Below are positions 47,785 to 57,083 of a DNA stretch of 64,000 bases, piece by piece. Both the position numbers and the translations under genes were made by a program. Within the stretch, counting starts at the first letter, position 1. The number at the start of each line of letters is the position of its first letter. The stretch covers positions 10,794-74,793 of the forward strand of contig CAJIZJ010000022.1 of the NCBI GenBank assembly GCA_905181825.1, read 5' to 3'. The notes under the pieces were generated by a model. That model ran no database searches and was not told the DNA's origin. It saw nothing but the letters and a program-made list of their open reading frames with translations. This stretch comes from an uncultured Flavobacteriaceae bacterium (lineage in GTDB: Bacteria > Bacteroidota > Bacteroidia > Flavobacteriales > Flavobacteriaceae).

Positions 47785-48663
47785 ATGAAAAATACTTTTA
47801 GCCTTGTTATCACCATTGTATTCTGCTGTCAAATTAGTATTACTCATGCTCAATATACAGATGTCATAAATTCAAACAGACCAGGATCATCACAAAGTGC
47901 TTTTTCTGTAGGGACTAAAGTGTTACAATTTGAATTAGGTTCTTACTTAGTAAAAGAAAAAAGAAATGTGTATCCAAATTATGAAGTGTCAGGCTACGGC
48001 CTTGACTTTGCGGTACATTATGGTATTTGGAAAGAAGCTTTAGAACTCAATATCCAAGGAACCTATCAAAATGACACGAAGTCTTACTCTTCAGGCGTCA
48101 TAAAAGATGAAACACGAGCGAATTTTAAAAACTTCAACATTGGAGCCAAGTACTTAGTTTATGACCCAAATAAAAACAAAGAAGACAAACCTAATCTTTA
48201 TAGCTACCATGCCAACAGAGGCTTTAAATGGTCTAGCTTGATACCGGCAGTGTCAGTAGCAGGAGGACTTAATTTTGATTCTGAAGACAATCCTTATACA
48301 GCAACTACAGTTGATGGTGTTAGCTATCGTGGGGTTTTGATTACACAGAATAATTTTGCCGGTGGATGGGTCTTTGTTACAAACTTTATGCTGGACCGAA
48401 TTGGAAGTGACCAAACAGATTTAAATTACACACTCACGTTAACACATTCATTTAATCCAAAATGGGTCATGTTTGCAGAAACTCAAGGAATTAAAAGTGA
48501 TTTCTATGCTGATAATTTATTTCGCTTTGGAGCGGGATATTTGTTAGGTAAAAACTTACAATTAGACACTGCCCTAACCTTTAATACTAAAGACACTCCC
48601 TCAGTACTAAACATTAGTTTTGGCGTTTCCTACAGAATAGACAGACATGATACTTCAAATTAA
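47785..48663 (+). CDS. Outer-membrane beta-barrel of the MetA-pathway/COG4313 (SphA-like) family
   Basis: Signal peptide MKNTFSLVITIV..HAQ; INSNRPG.S.S...VG...LQFE N-terminus; alternating strands; C-terminal NLQLD...GVSYRI. Confidence 0.7.
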   Translation: MKNTFSLVITIVFCCQISITHAQYTDVINSNRPGSSQSAFSVGTKVLQFELGSYLVKEKRNVYPNYEVSGYGLDFAVHYGIWKEALELNIQGTYQNDTKSYSSGVIKDETRANFKNFNIGAKYLVYDPNKNKEDKPNLYSYHANRGFKWSSLIPAVSVAGGLNFDSEDNPYTATTVDGVSYRGVLITQNNFAGGWVFVTNFMLDRIGSDQTDLNYTLTLTHSFNPKWVMFAETQGIKSDFYADNLFRFGAGYLLGKNLQLDTALTFNTKDTPSVLNISFGVSYRIDRHDTSN

Positions 48664-48718
48664 AACAAAAATAAGTCTACTAAAAAAGAGCTGAGTAGCT
48701 TGATTAATTAGAAACGGT

Positions 48719-49837
48719 ATGATATTTATTAAAGAAGCAACTTCTAAAAAAGATATTAAAACATTTGTTAAGTTTCCCTTTTCCATTCATAAAAACTCTA
48801 AGTATTGGGTTCCCCCAATAATAAGCGAAGAAGTTAACGTTTTTGACAAGAAGAAAAACCCTGTTCTTGCAGATTCAGATGTCAGGCTATTTCTTGCTTA
48901 CAAAAACGAAGTTCTAGTTGGGCGTATCGCTGCTATCATTAATTGGATAGAAGTAAATGAACAAGGCCTAAGAAAGATACGTTTTGGCTGGATGGATATG
49001 ATTAATGATCTGGAGGTCACTAAAGCACTCCTAAGCAAAGTGAATTCGATAGGGATATCTCAAAAAATGGACTATATGGAAGGGCCTATGGGTTTCTCTA
49101 ATTTAGATAAAGTTGGGGTGCTAACTTACGGTTACGAAGAAATTGGAAAAATGATTACATGGTATAATCCCCCCTATTATGTGGATCATTTTAAAAAACT
49201 AAATTTTAAAGTAGAAAAAGAATATGTAGAGCATAAATTTAAAGTTAAAGATATATTATTTGAAACCCACGAACGCCTTCAAGGGCTTATTAAAAAGCGT
49301 TATAACCTAAGAGCCTTATCTTTCAATAAAACAAAAGATGTATTAGTCTATGCCGATAGAATGTTTGATTTATTTAACGATAGTTTTGCAAGTTTATCTT
49401 CTTTTGTAAAAATACCAGATATTCAAAAAGACCATCTAAAAAAGAAATTCTTATCCTTTATAAATCCTGAATACATAAAGTTTGTTATAAATGGATCAAA
49501 TGAGTTAGTCGCATTTTCTGTAATTATGCCCTCATACTCAACCGCCTTTCAAAAAATAAATGGCAACATATTTCCGTTTGGACTATACCATATTTTTAAA
49601 GCCAAGAAGTCTAAAACAGTTGATTTATATTTAATCGGTGTTCGTCCTGAATATCAAAAAAAAGGAGTACATGCCATTATTTTTAATGAGTTCCAAAAAA
49701 CATTTGAAAAACACAAAATTTCAGAATGCAGAATGACTCCTGTTCTAGCTGATAATGTGGCCATGAGAAATATGTGGACTGATTACAAACTGAAATTGAC
49801 AAAAAAACGATGTACATTTAGAAAAGAACTAAAATAA
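48719..49837 (+). CDS. GNAT-fold acyltransferase of the YghO/bacterial ceramide synthase (bCerS)-like family
   Basis: F...P....YWVPP, GRIAA, FGW.D, GP.GFS, YNPPYY, and acyl-CoA motif A LIGVRPEYQKKGV. Confidence 0.72.
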   Translation: MIFIKEATSKKDIKTFVKFPFSIHKNSKYWVPPIISEEVNVFDKKKNPVLADSDVRLFLAYKNEVLVGRIAAIINWIEVNEQGLRKIRFGWMDMINDLEVTKALLSKVNSIGISQKMDYMEGPMGFSNLDKVGVLTYGYEEIGKMITWYNPPYYVDHFKKLNFKVEKEYVEHKFKVKDILFETHERLQGLIKKRYNLRALSFNKTKDVLVYADRMFDLFNDSFASLSSFVKIPDIQKDHLKKKFLSFINPEYIKFVINGSNELVAFSVIMPSYSTAFQKINGNIFPFGLYHIFKAKKSKTVDLYLIGVRPEYQKKGVHAIIFNEFQKTFEKHKISECRMTPVLADNVAMRNMWTDYKLKLTKKRCTFRKELK

Positions 49838-49839
49838 GT

Positions 49840-51102
49840 TTACTCGCTTATTTCGGCTTTAACTAAAGTAGATAAATGTTGATAAACTCCATTTTCTAAG
49901 CGTTCTTTTATCGCCGAAAAGGCCTTAAGTGTTAGTTCTACATCTATTAAGGTGTGCATTGACGTCGGGATCAATCTTAATAAAATCAAACCTTTGGGGA
50001 TAACGGGATACACTACAATAGAGCAGAAAACTCCATGATTTTCTCGTAAGTCTTTAACCAAGGCCATTGCTTCGGGGATACTTCCTTTTAGGTATACAGG
50101 AGTAACACAACTTTGAGTTTGTCCTAAATCGAAACCTCTAGCTCTTAATCCTGCTTGTAAGGCTTCCACAATAACCCAAAGCTTCTCTTTAAGTTCTGGC
50201 ATTGTTCTAATCATATCTAAACGCTTTAAAGCCCCTATAACTAATTGCATTTGGAGGGACTTTGCAAATACTTGTGATCTCAAGTTATATTTTAAATAAT
50301 CTATAATTTCTTTGTTTGCAGCTATAAATGCACCTGTGCTGGCCATGGACTTTGCAAAGGTGGCAAAATACACATCTATATCATCTTGAACGCCCTGCTC
50401 CTCTCCAGTTCCAGCCCCTGACTTCCCAAGAGTTCCGAAACCATGTGCATCATCTACTAAAAACCTAAATTTATATTCATTTTTAAGAGCTGCTATTTCT
50501 TTTAGCCTCCCTTGCTCCCCTCGCATTCCAAAAACACCTTCTGAAATTACTAAGATTCCTCCACCTGTTTGATTAGCAACCTTAGTAGCTCTTTCTAAGT
50601 TTTTCTTTAAGCTCTCTAGGTCGTTATGCCTGTAAGTGAAACGTTTTCCTAGGTGTAAGCGAACTCCGTCAATAATACAAGCATGAGCATCAACGTCATA
50701 CACAATAACATCGTTTTTCCCTACCAATGCATCTATAGTAGACATAATACCTTGATATCCGAAATTTAAAAGATAACTAGATTCTTTACTCACAAATTCG
50801 GCCAGTTCGTTTTCTAATTGCTCATGAAAAGAAGTGTGGCCAGACATCATACGAGCTCCCATAGGATAAGCTGACCCATATTCATATGCCGCTTCTGCAT
50901 CTACTTTTCTTACTTCGGGATGATTTGCTAATCCTAAATAATCGTTTATACTCCATGTAATGACCTCATTTCCATGGAATTTCATTCGATTTGAAATCGA
51001 GCCTTCTAATTTAGGGAATATAAAATAACCTTCAGCTTGGCTTGCCCATTTACCCAAAGGTCCTTTGTTCTTATATATTTTAGCGAATAAATCTCTAATC
51101 AT
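49840..51102 (-). CDS. capB: Alpha-oxoamine synthase (SPT-like), probable cysteate C-fatty-acyltransferase
   Basis: NDYLGL, GARMMSG, HACIIDG, RHND, VDDAHGFG, PLP lysine in ATFAKS; lies directly downstream of a CBS-like gene. Confidence 0.72.
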   Translation of the reverse strand: MIRDLFAKIYKNKGPLGKWASQAEGYFIFPKLEGSISNRMKFHGNEVITWSINDYLGLANHPEVRKVDAEAAYEYGSAYPMGARMMSGHTSFHEQLENELAEFVSKESSYLLNFGYQGIMSTIDALVGKNDVIVYDVDAHACIIDGVRLHLGKRFTYRHNDLESLKKNLERATKVANQTGGGILVISEGVFGMRGEQGRLKEIAALKNEYKFRFLVDDAHGFGTLGKSGAGTGEEQGVQDDIDVYFATFAKSMASTGAFIAANKEIIDYLKYNLRSQVFAKSLQMQLVIGALKRLDMIRTMPELKEKLWVIVEALQAGLRARGFDLGQTQSCVTPVYLKGSIPEAMALVKDLRENHGVFCSIVVYPVIPKGLILLRLIPTSMHTLIDVELTLKAFSAIKERLENGVYQHLSTLVKAEISE

Positions 51103-51207
51103 AGCTTAAAAATGGATTTAATACTAAAGTTATAAATTATAATCAATAATTCATAACTATTTTAACATATTATTTGATTTATTCTCAATCAATTAAAAGG
51201 TTTTGAT

Positions 51208-52248
51208 CTAGTTGGTGAATTCTATCGAATTTGAGTTAACGTTAGTCTGGTTGTCAAAGAAACCTTGGTCATTCATCCATTGGTCATTATATATCTTACT
51301 CATGTATCTAGAACCGTGGTCAGGAAAAATCACAACTACAATATCATCTGATTTGAATGTCTTTTTTTCATTAAGCTGTTTTACTGCCTGAATTGCGGCT
51401 CCTGAAGTATATCCCACAAATAAACCTTCCTTAGTCGACAATTTTCTTGCGGAGTGAGCACTGTCCTCATCAGATACTTTTATAAACTCATCAATGATGT
51501 CAAAATTAGTTGTAGAAGGTATTAAGTTTTTCCCTAGACCTTCAATGCGGTAAGGGTATATTTCATTGCCATCTAACACCCTATTTTCGTGGTAACTTTT
51601 TAATACAGAGCCATATGCATCAACTCCAATAATCTTAATAGCTGGATTTTGTTCTTTTAAATATTTTGCAGTCCCTGATATAGTACCACCAGTACCACTA
51701 CATGCTACTAAATGTGTGATTTGTCCCTGAGTTTGTTTCCAAATTTCTGGTCCAGTTGTTTGATAATGTGCCTCCGTATTTAGGCTATTAAAATATTGAT
51801 TAATATAAACAGAGTCTTTAGTTTCTTTATGTAAACGTTTTGCAACCTCGTAATAAGATCTTGGGTCATCAGGTTCAACATGAGCTGGACATATATACAC
51901 TTTAGCCCCCATACTTTTTAACATATCAATTTTGTCCAATGATGATTTAGAGCTTACGGCTAAAACACATTTATAGCCTTTGACAATACTAACCATTGCC
52001 AAACTAAAACCTGTATTTCCAGATGTAGTTTCAATTATTGTATCTCCAGGTTTTAGAAGTCCTTTTTTTTCGGCCTCTTCAATGATGTGAAGGGCGATTC
52101 TATCTTTAGAGGAATGGCCAGGATTAAAGCATTCTAATTTAGCAATAAATGTGCCTGGAATATGATCAACAATTCTGTTTAGCTTTACCAATGGCGTAGC
52201 ACCAATAAGCTCTAAAACACTTTCATAAATGAGTTTGTCTTTTTTCAA
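51208..52248 (-). CDS. capA: PLP-dependent cystathionine-beta-synthase/cysteine-synthase-like enzyme, probable cysteate synthase (TTG start)
   Basis: [41 protein letters not shown]; no CBS regulatory pair; own -7 element TAGGTTTG (52272-52265). Confidence 0.7.
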   Translation of the reverse strand: MKKDKLIYESVLELIGATPLVKLNRIVDHIPGTFIAKLECFNPGHSSKDRIALHIIEEAEKKGLLKPGDTIIETTSGNTGFSLAMVSIVKGYKCVLAVSSKSSLDKIDMLKSMGAKVYICPAHVEPDDPRSYYEVAKRLHKETKDSVYINQYFNSLNTEAHYQTTGPEIWKQTQGQITHLVACSGTGGTISGTAKYLKEQNPAIKIIGVDAYGSVLKSYHENRVLDGNEIYPYRIEGLGKNLIPSTTNFDIIDEFIKVSDEDSAHSARKLSTKEGLFVGYTSGAAIQAVKQLNEKKTFKSDDIVVVIFPDHGSRYMSKIYNDQWMNDQGFFDNQTNVNSNSIEFTN

Positions 52249-52290
52249 AATAATGGAATCTACCCAAACCTACAAAAAATAATTTGAACT

Positions 52291-54423
52291 TTAATACAAA
52301 ATTGATTCTAGACTAAGTATAAATGCATATTCAGAAGCTATTTCTTTTAAGGCCTCAAAACGCCCAGAAGCACCTCCGTGCCCTGCTTCCATATTGGTTT
52401 GAAGATACAGTTGAGACGTGTTATTATCCTGATTCCTTAAGCGCGCAACCCATTTCGCTGGTTCCCAATACTGTACTTGAGAGTCATGTAAGCCCGTTGT
52501 AACTAACATATTGGGATACAACTGATTCGCAACATTATCATATGGTGAATACGATTTCATGTAATCATAATACTCTTTTTCATTTGGATTCCCCCACTCA
52601 TCATATTCTCCTGTGGTAAGTGGAATACTGTCATCCAACATCGTAGTCACAACATCTACAAAAGGAACTTGAGATACCACGCCATTATATAACTCCGGAG
52701 CTAAATTTATAATAGCCCCCATCAAAAGACCTCCTGCACTCCCTCCCATAGCATAATGGTGTTTAGCGGAAGTGTAATTATTTTTAATTAAAAATTTTGA
52801 GCAAGCTATAAAATCTAAAAATGTGTTTTTCTTTTTAAATAATTTCCCGTCTTCATACCACTGACGCCCTAAATACTCCCCGCCTCTCACATGCGCTATT
52901 GCAAAAATAAACCCTCTATCTAAAAGACTCATTCTAACTGTCGAAAAAGAAGGATCGATAGTGTATCCATAAGAACCATAAGCGTATAGCAGCAGTGGAG
53001 TATCCGCTGTTTTTTTTGTATTAACATGACGTACTATAGAAATAGGGATTTTAGTACCATCTGAAGAAGAAGCCCACACACGCTCAGATGTATAGTTTTC
53101 TTTTTTAAACTTACCCCCTAAAACCTCTTGCTCTTTTTTAACTGTTTTAGATTTTGTTAGCATATCAAAATCAATTACTGAAGATGGTGTTGTGAGCGAT
53201 TGGTAGCCATACCTCAAAATATTTGTATCAAAATCAATATTAGATAAGGTGTAAGCTGTATAAGTTTCGCTCTCAAAAGGAAGGTAATAGCTATCGGTTC
53301 CATCCCAACGAGAAATCTTAATTTGATTCAATCCATTTTCACGTTCTGAAATCACTAAAAAGTCTTTGAAAATCTCAATATCTTCAAGCAAAACAGACTC
53401 TCTGTGTGGAATAACATCAACCCAATATTCCTTTTGAGTGTGACTGTCAGGTGTTTTTGAAAGCTTAAAGTTTTTAGCACCATCGGCATTAGATACGATG
53501 TAAAAATCCGAATTGTAGTGTGAAATCCCATATTCTAAGCCTCGTGTTCTTGCTTGAAATATCTTAAAATCACCATTTGGTGTGTCCGCGTTTAAAATTT
53601 GATACTCCGTGGTTAAAGTGCTAAAACTACCAATCACTAAATATTTTTTAGACTTCGTTTTATAGACACTGACTCCAAATGTATCGTCTAACTCTTTGTA
53701 TACTAATTCATCTAACTTTGAGTCCGTATTTAGCAGGTGTTTATATATCGATTCTGATCTTAGCGTTGTTTCATCTTTGAGCGTATAAAACAAGGTTTTA
53801 TTATCATTTGCCCAAGTACTACCACCAGTTGTATTGCTAATTTCCTCTTTAAAAACTTTATCCGTTTTAAGATCTTTTATCTGCAGTTTATATTGACGCC
53901 TTCCTGTGGTATCAATTCCATAAGAAATCATATGATTGTTAGGGCTAATATTTAAACCAACTAATCTAAAATACGAATGACCTTTAGCCATTTCATTGCA
54001 ATCAAATAACAACTCCTCACTGGCGGTTAGCGATTCTTTTTTTCGTATGTAAATAGGGTAATCTTTTCCTTTTTCAAACTTAGTAATATACCAGTAGCCA
54101 TTATATTTGTATGGAACTGAACTATCATCTTCCTTAATCCTTGACTTCATTTCTTCAAACAGAGACACTTGAAAGTCTTTTGTGTGGGCTGTGTGTGCGT
54201 TATAATAGTCGTTTTCTTTATTAAGATAGTCAATCACTTCAGGATTTTCTCTATCATTTAACCAATAAAATTCATCAACCCTCACATCATCATGGATTGT
54301 TAAATTTTTAGGTATTTGTTTTGCTAATGGAGCATTTGGTAATTCAGACATTGTTTTTTGAGTCTTAGTATCACAAGAAAAAAGTGAACTTATTAAAATT
54401 AGGGGTAGGAAATTGAGTTTCAT
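52291..54423 (-). CDS. ptrB: Oligopeptidase B (S9A), lipoprotein
   Basis: Start MKLNFLPLILISSLFSC (lipobox); YAYGSYG, HVRGG, GGSAGG nucleophile, EYDEWGNP, DSQVQYWEPAKW, AGHGG. Confidence 0.92.
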   Translation of the reverse strand: MKLNFLPLILISSLFSCDTKTQKTMSELPNAPLAKQIPKNLTIHDDVRVDEFYWLNDRENPEVIDYLNKENDYYNAHTAHTKDFQVSLFEEMKSRIKEDDSSVPYKYNGYWYITKFEKGKDYPIYIRKKESLTASEELLFDCNEMAKGHSYFRLVGLNISPNNHMISYGIDTTGRRQYKLQIKDLKTDKVFKEEISNTTGGSTWANDNKTLFYTLKDETTLRSESIYKHLLNTDSKLDELVYKELDDTFGVSVYKTKSKKYLVIGSFSTLTTEYQILNADTPNGDFKIFQARTRGLEYGISHYNSDFYIVSNADGAKNFKLSKTPDSHTQKEYWVDVIPHRESVLLEDIEIFKDFLVISERENGLNQIKISRWDGTDSYYLPFESETYTAYTLSNIDFDTNILRYGYQSLTTPSSVIDFDMLTKSKTVKKEQEVLGGKFKKENYTSERVWASSSDGTKIPISIVRHVNTKKTADTPLLLYAYGSYGYTIDPSFSTVRMSLLDRGFIFAIAHVRGGEYLGRQWYEDGKLFKKKNTFLDFIACSKFLIKNNYTSAKHHYAMGGSAGGLLMGAIINLAPELYNGVVSQVPFVDVVTTMLDDSIPLTTGEYDEWGNPNEKEYYDYMKSYSPYDNVANQLYPNMLVTTGLHDSQVQYWEPAKWVARLRNQDNNTSQLYLQTNMEAGHGGASGRFEALKEIASEYAFILSLESILY

Positions 54424-54439
54424 AAGGTAGGAAATTGAG
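54404..54439. repeat. 14-bp direct repeat straddling the ptrB start codon
   Basis: GGTAGGAAATTGAG at 54404-54417 and 54426-54439. Confidence 0.85.
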
Positions 54440-54469
54440 GGGTTCAATAATTTAAACTTACAAAAAAAA

Positions 54470-55489
54470 TCATGATTTGCTAAGGATTTCTAAAAGTTTT
54501 ATATGCATGGCATCTGAATAATCTAAATGTGTGACCATTCTAAGCTTTCCACCCCCCATATCGCTAACTAAAACATCATGTGCTTTTAATTTATTTAAAA
54601 ATAATGTTTCCTCTATTTCGGGGTTTAATCTAAATATCACAATATTTGTTTCCACAGGTTCTACACTAAAAACGGCCTCCATCTGATTTAAAACTTCTGA
54701 AATCTCTTTAGCTTTTTGATGATCATCTTTGAGCCGATCGTATTGGTAGTCTAATGCATAGGAAGCCGCAGCTGCAAGCAATCCAATTTGTCTCATTCCG
54801 CCACCAAGCATTTTCCGTATTCTTAAAGCTTTATTCATTAAATCTTCATTACCTACCAAAACAGAGCCCACAGGTGCGCCCAATCCTTTACTAAAACAAA
54901 CAGAAATTGTATCAAAAACATCTCCGTATTGTTGAGTTGATTCAGACTTTGCTATGAGGGCGTTCCACAAACGAGCACCATCAAGGTGAAGTCCTAACTT
55001 ATTAGAATCACAAACGGATTTAATTCTTATAATTTCTTCATAATCCCAACAGGCGCCACCGCCTTTGTTCGTTGTGTTTTCTAATGTTACTAAAGAGGTC
55101 ATTGGGCTGTGATAGAAGTCGGGTGGATTAATAGCAGATTCAACTTGAGAAGCTGTCATCATTCCTCTATGACCATCAACTAATTGACAAGATACGCCAC
55201 TATTAAAAGATACGCCACCCCCCTCGTAATTGTAAACATGAGAATATTTATCGCAAATAAGCTGCTCGCCAGGTTGTGTATGTAATTTAATTGCAGTTTG
55301 ATTTGCCATAGTTCCAGAAGGAAAAAAAAGTGCTCTTGGTTTTCCAAACATAGCTGCTACTCGTGCCTCTAAAGCGTTTACAGAAGGGTCTTCAGCATAA
55401 ACATCATCACCCAACTTGGCTGTCATCATCGCATCCATCATTCCTTTTGATGGCTTAGTAACTGTATCGCTTCTTAAATCTATTTGCAT
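54470..55489 (-). CDS. ltaE: Low-specificity L-threonine aldolase
   Basis: DLRSDTVTKP, GDDV, SGTMANQ, HLDGARL, FSKGLGAPVGS, GGGMRQ. Confidence 0.93.
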   Translation of the reverse strand: MQIDLRSDTVTKPSKGMMDAMMTAKLGDDVYAEDPSVNALEARVAAMFGKPRALFFPSGTMANQTAIKLHTQPGEQLICDKYSHVYNYEGGGVSFNSGVSCQLVDGHRGMMTASQVESAINPPDFYHSPMTSLVTLENTTNKGGGACWDYEEIIRIKSVCDSNKLGLHLDGARLWNALIAKSESTQQYGDVFDTISVCFSKGLGAPVGSVLVGNEDLMNKALRIRKMLGGGMRQIGLLAAAASYALDYQYDRLKDDHQKAKEISEVLNQMEAVFSVEPVETNIVIFRLNPEIEETLFLNKLKAHDVLVSDMGGGKLRMVTHLDYSDAMHIKLLEILSKS

Positions 55490-55569
55490 GAATTTTATTT
55501 TGGATATAAAACTACATATTATTTTAATTCTATGCTATAAATTCTATTTTTGTAATTATAAATAAAAAA

Positions 55570-56680
55570 ATGATAACACAAGATCACATAAAAGATCTTT
55601 TTGAGCGCCTTGGTGCGTTGAGGAGGTATCTTTGACTTAGATGCCAAACGCATCGAAATTCAAAATGAAGAAGAAAAAACTTTTTCTCCTGACTTTTGGA
55701 ACGACTCGAAAGCAGCCGAGCTGCTCATGAAATCTTTAAGAGTTAACAAGAAATGGGTGAGTGATTTTGAAAAAGCACAAACCTATACCGAGGAGCTGGA
55801 AATTTTATATGACTTTTTTAAAGAAGGAGAAACTACGGCCGAAGAAGTTGAAAAACAATTTGCACTTAGTGCTAACTTTTTAGAAGATATTGAATTTAGA
55901 AATATGCTTTCTGAAGATGGTGACGGCTTAAGTGCAGTTCTGCAGATTACAGCAGGCGCCGGAGGTACTGAAAGTTGTGACTGGGCCTGTATGCTGATGC
56001 GTATGTATGTTATGTACGCTGAAAAAAACAACTTTAAAGTCAAAGAGTTAAACTTACAAGACGGTGATGTTGCTGGAATTAAAACCGTGACACTACAAAT
56101 TGAAGGTGACTTTGCATTTGGTTGGTTAAAAGGCGAAAATGGTGTGCACCGATTGGTACGAATCTCCCCCTTTGACAGCAATGCAAAGCGACACACAAGT
56201 TTTGCGTCTGTATATGTTTACCCATTAGTAGATGATACTATTGAAATTGAAATTAATCCTGCAGATATAGAAATTACAACGGCTCGTTCAAGTGGAGCCG
56301 GAGGACAAAACGTAAACAAAGTAGAAACCAAAGTACATCTAAATCATAAACCATCTGGCATTCAGATTTCATGTTCAGAAACGCGATCACAGCATGACAA
56401 TCGTTCAAGAGCAATGCAAATGCTGAAATCTCAACTTTATGAAATTGAGCTCAAAAAACAATTGGCTCAACGGGAGGATATTGAAGCTGGTAAAATGAAA
56501 ATTGAATGGGGAAGTCAAATTAGAAACTACGTAATGCATCCGTACAAACTTGTAAAAGATGTCCGAACAGCAGAAGAAACTGGAAATGTAGATAATGTAA
56601 TGAATGGAGAAATTACTCCATTTTTAAAAGCATATTTAATGGCTACAGGACAAAAAGAGAAACCTAATAATTCATTATGA
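55570..56680 (+). CDS. prfB: Peptide chain release factor 2 with programmed +1 frameshift (about 369 aa)
   Basis: ATG at 55570 reads [21 protein letters not shown] then CTT TGA C; the +1 frame continues DLDAKRIE... into the 55727 ORF; SPF and GGQ motifs present. Confidence 0.96.
55621..55636 (+). other. prfB frameshift cassette: internal SD, slippery codon and UGA
   Basis: AGGAGG TAT CTT TGA C. Confidence 0.95.
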
Positions 56681-57021
56681 TAAAAATTTACCATAACAAT
56701 CGCTGTCGTAAATCACGCGAAGGAGTACAAACACTGAAAGAATTAGGAAAAGAATTTAAGATTATTGATTACATAACAAATCCCTTGAGTGAAAACGAAC
56801 TCAAAGAGTTAATAGAAACCTTAAACATACCTCCAGAAAATCTCATTCGTAAAAATGAAGCTATCTGGAAATCCAACTATAAAGGAAAAAAAATATCGGA
56901 CCAAGCCCTTATACAAGCTATGGCAACACATCCAAAACTTATTGAAAGACCTATTATTACATTCAAGAACAAAGGGGTAATTGGACGTCCAAGTGAGCGC
57001 ATCTTAAGTCTATTTATTTAA
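56677..57021 (+). CDS. ArsC/Spx-family thioredoxin-fold protein (arsenate reductase-like)
   Basis: [11 protein letters not shown] and HPKLIERPI; ATGA overlap with prfB. Confidence 0.85.
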   Translation: MIKIYHNNRCRKSREGVQTLKELGKEFKIIDYITNPLSENELKELIETLNIPPENLIRKNEAIWKSNYKGKKISDQALIQAMATHPKLIERPIITFKNKGVIGRPSERILSLFI

Positions 57022-57083
57022 CACAATTTTAACCGAAGCTAGAGTGTCTACAAGCTACTTTTGCAAAAAACTAGTTAACTTTT

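Noticed and set aside
47581-47853. 90-aa minus-strand ORF across the divergent promoter region
   Set aside because: Low-complexity AT-rich translation overlapping the starts of two real genes.
48719-49837. GTP cyclohydrolase label that I recall being attached to this family
   Set aside because: No FolE or RibA zinc motifs; GNAT motif A is present.
55570-55726. prfB as a frameshifted pseudogene
   Set aside because: It carries the canonical programmed CTT-TGA frameshift with an upstream SD.
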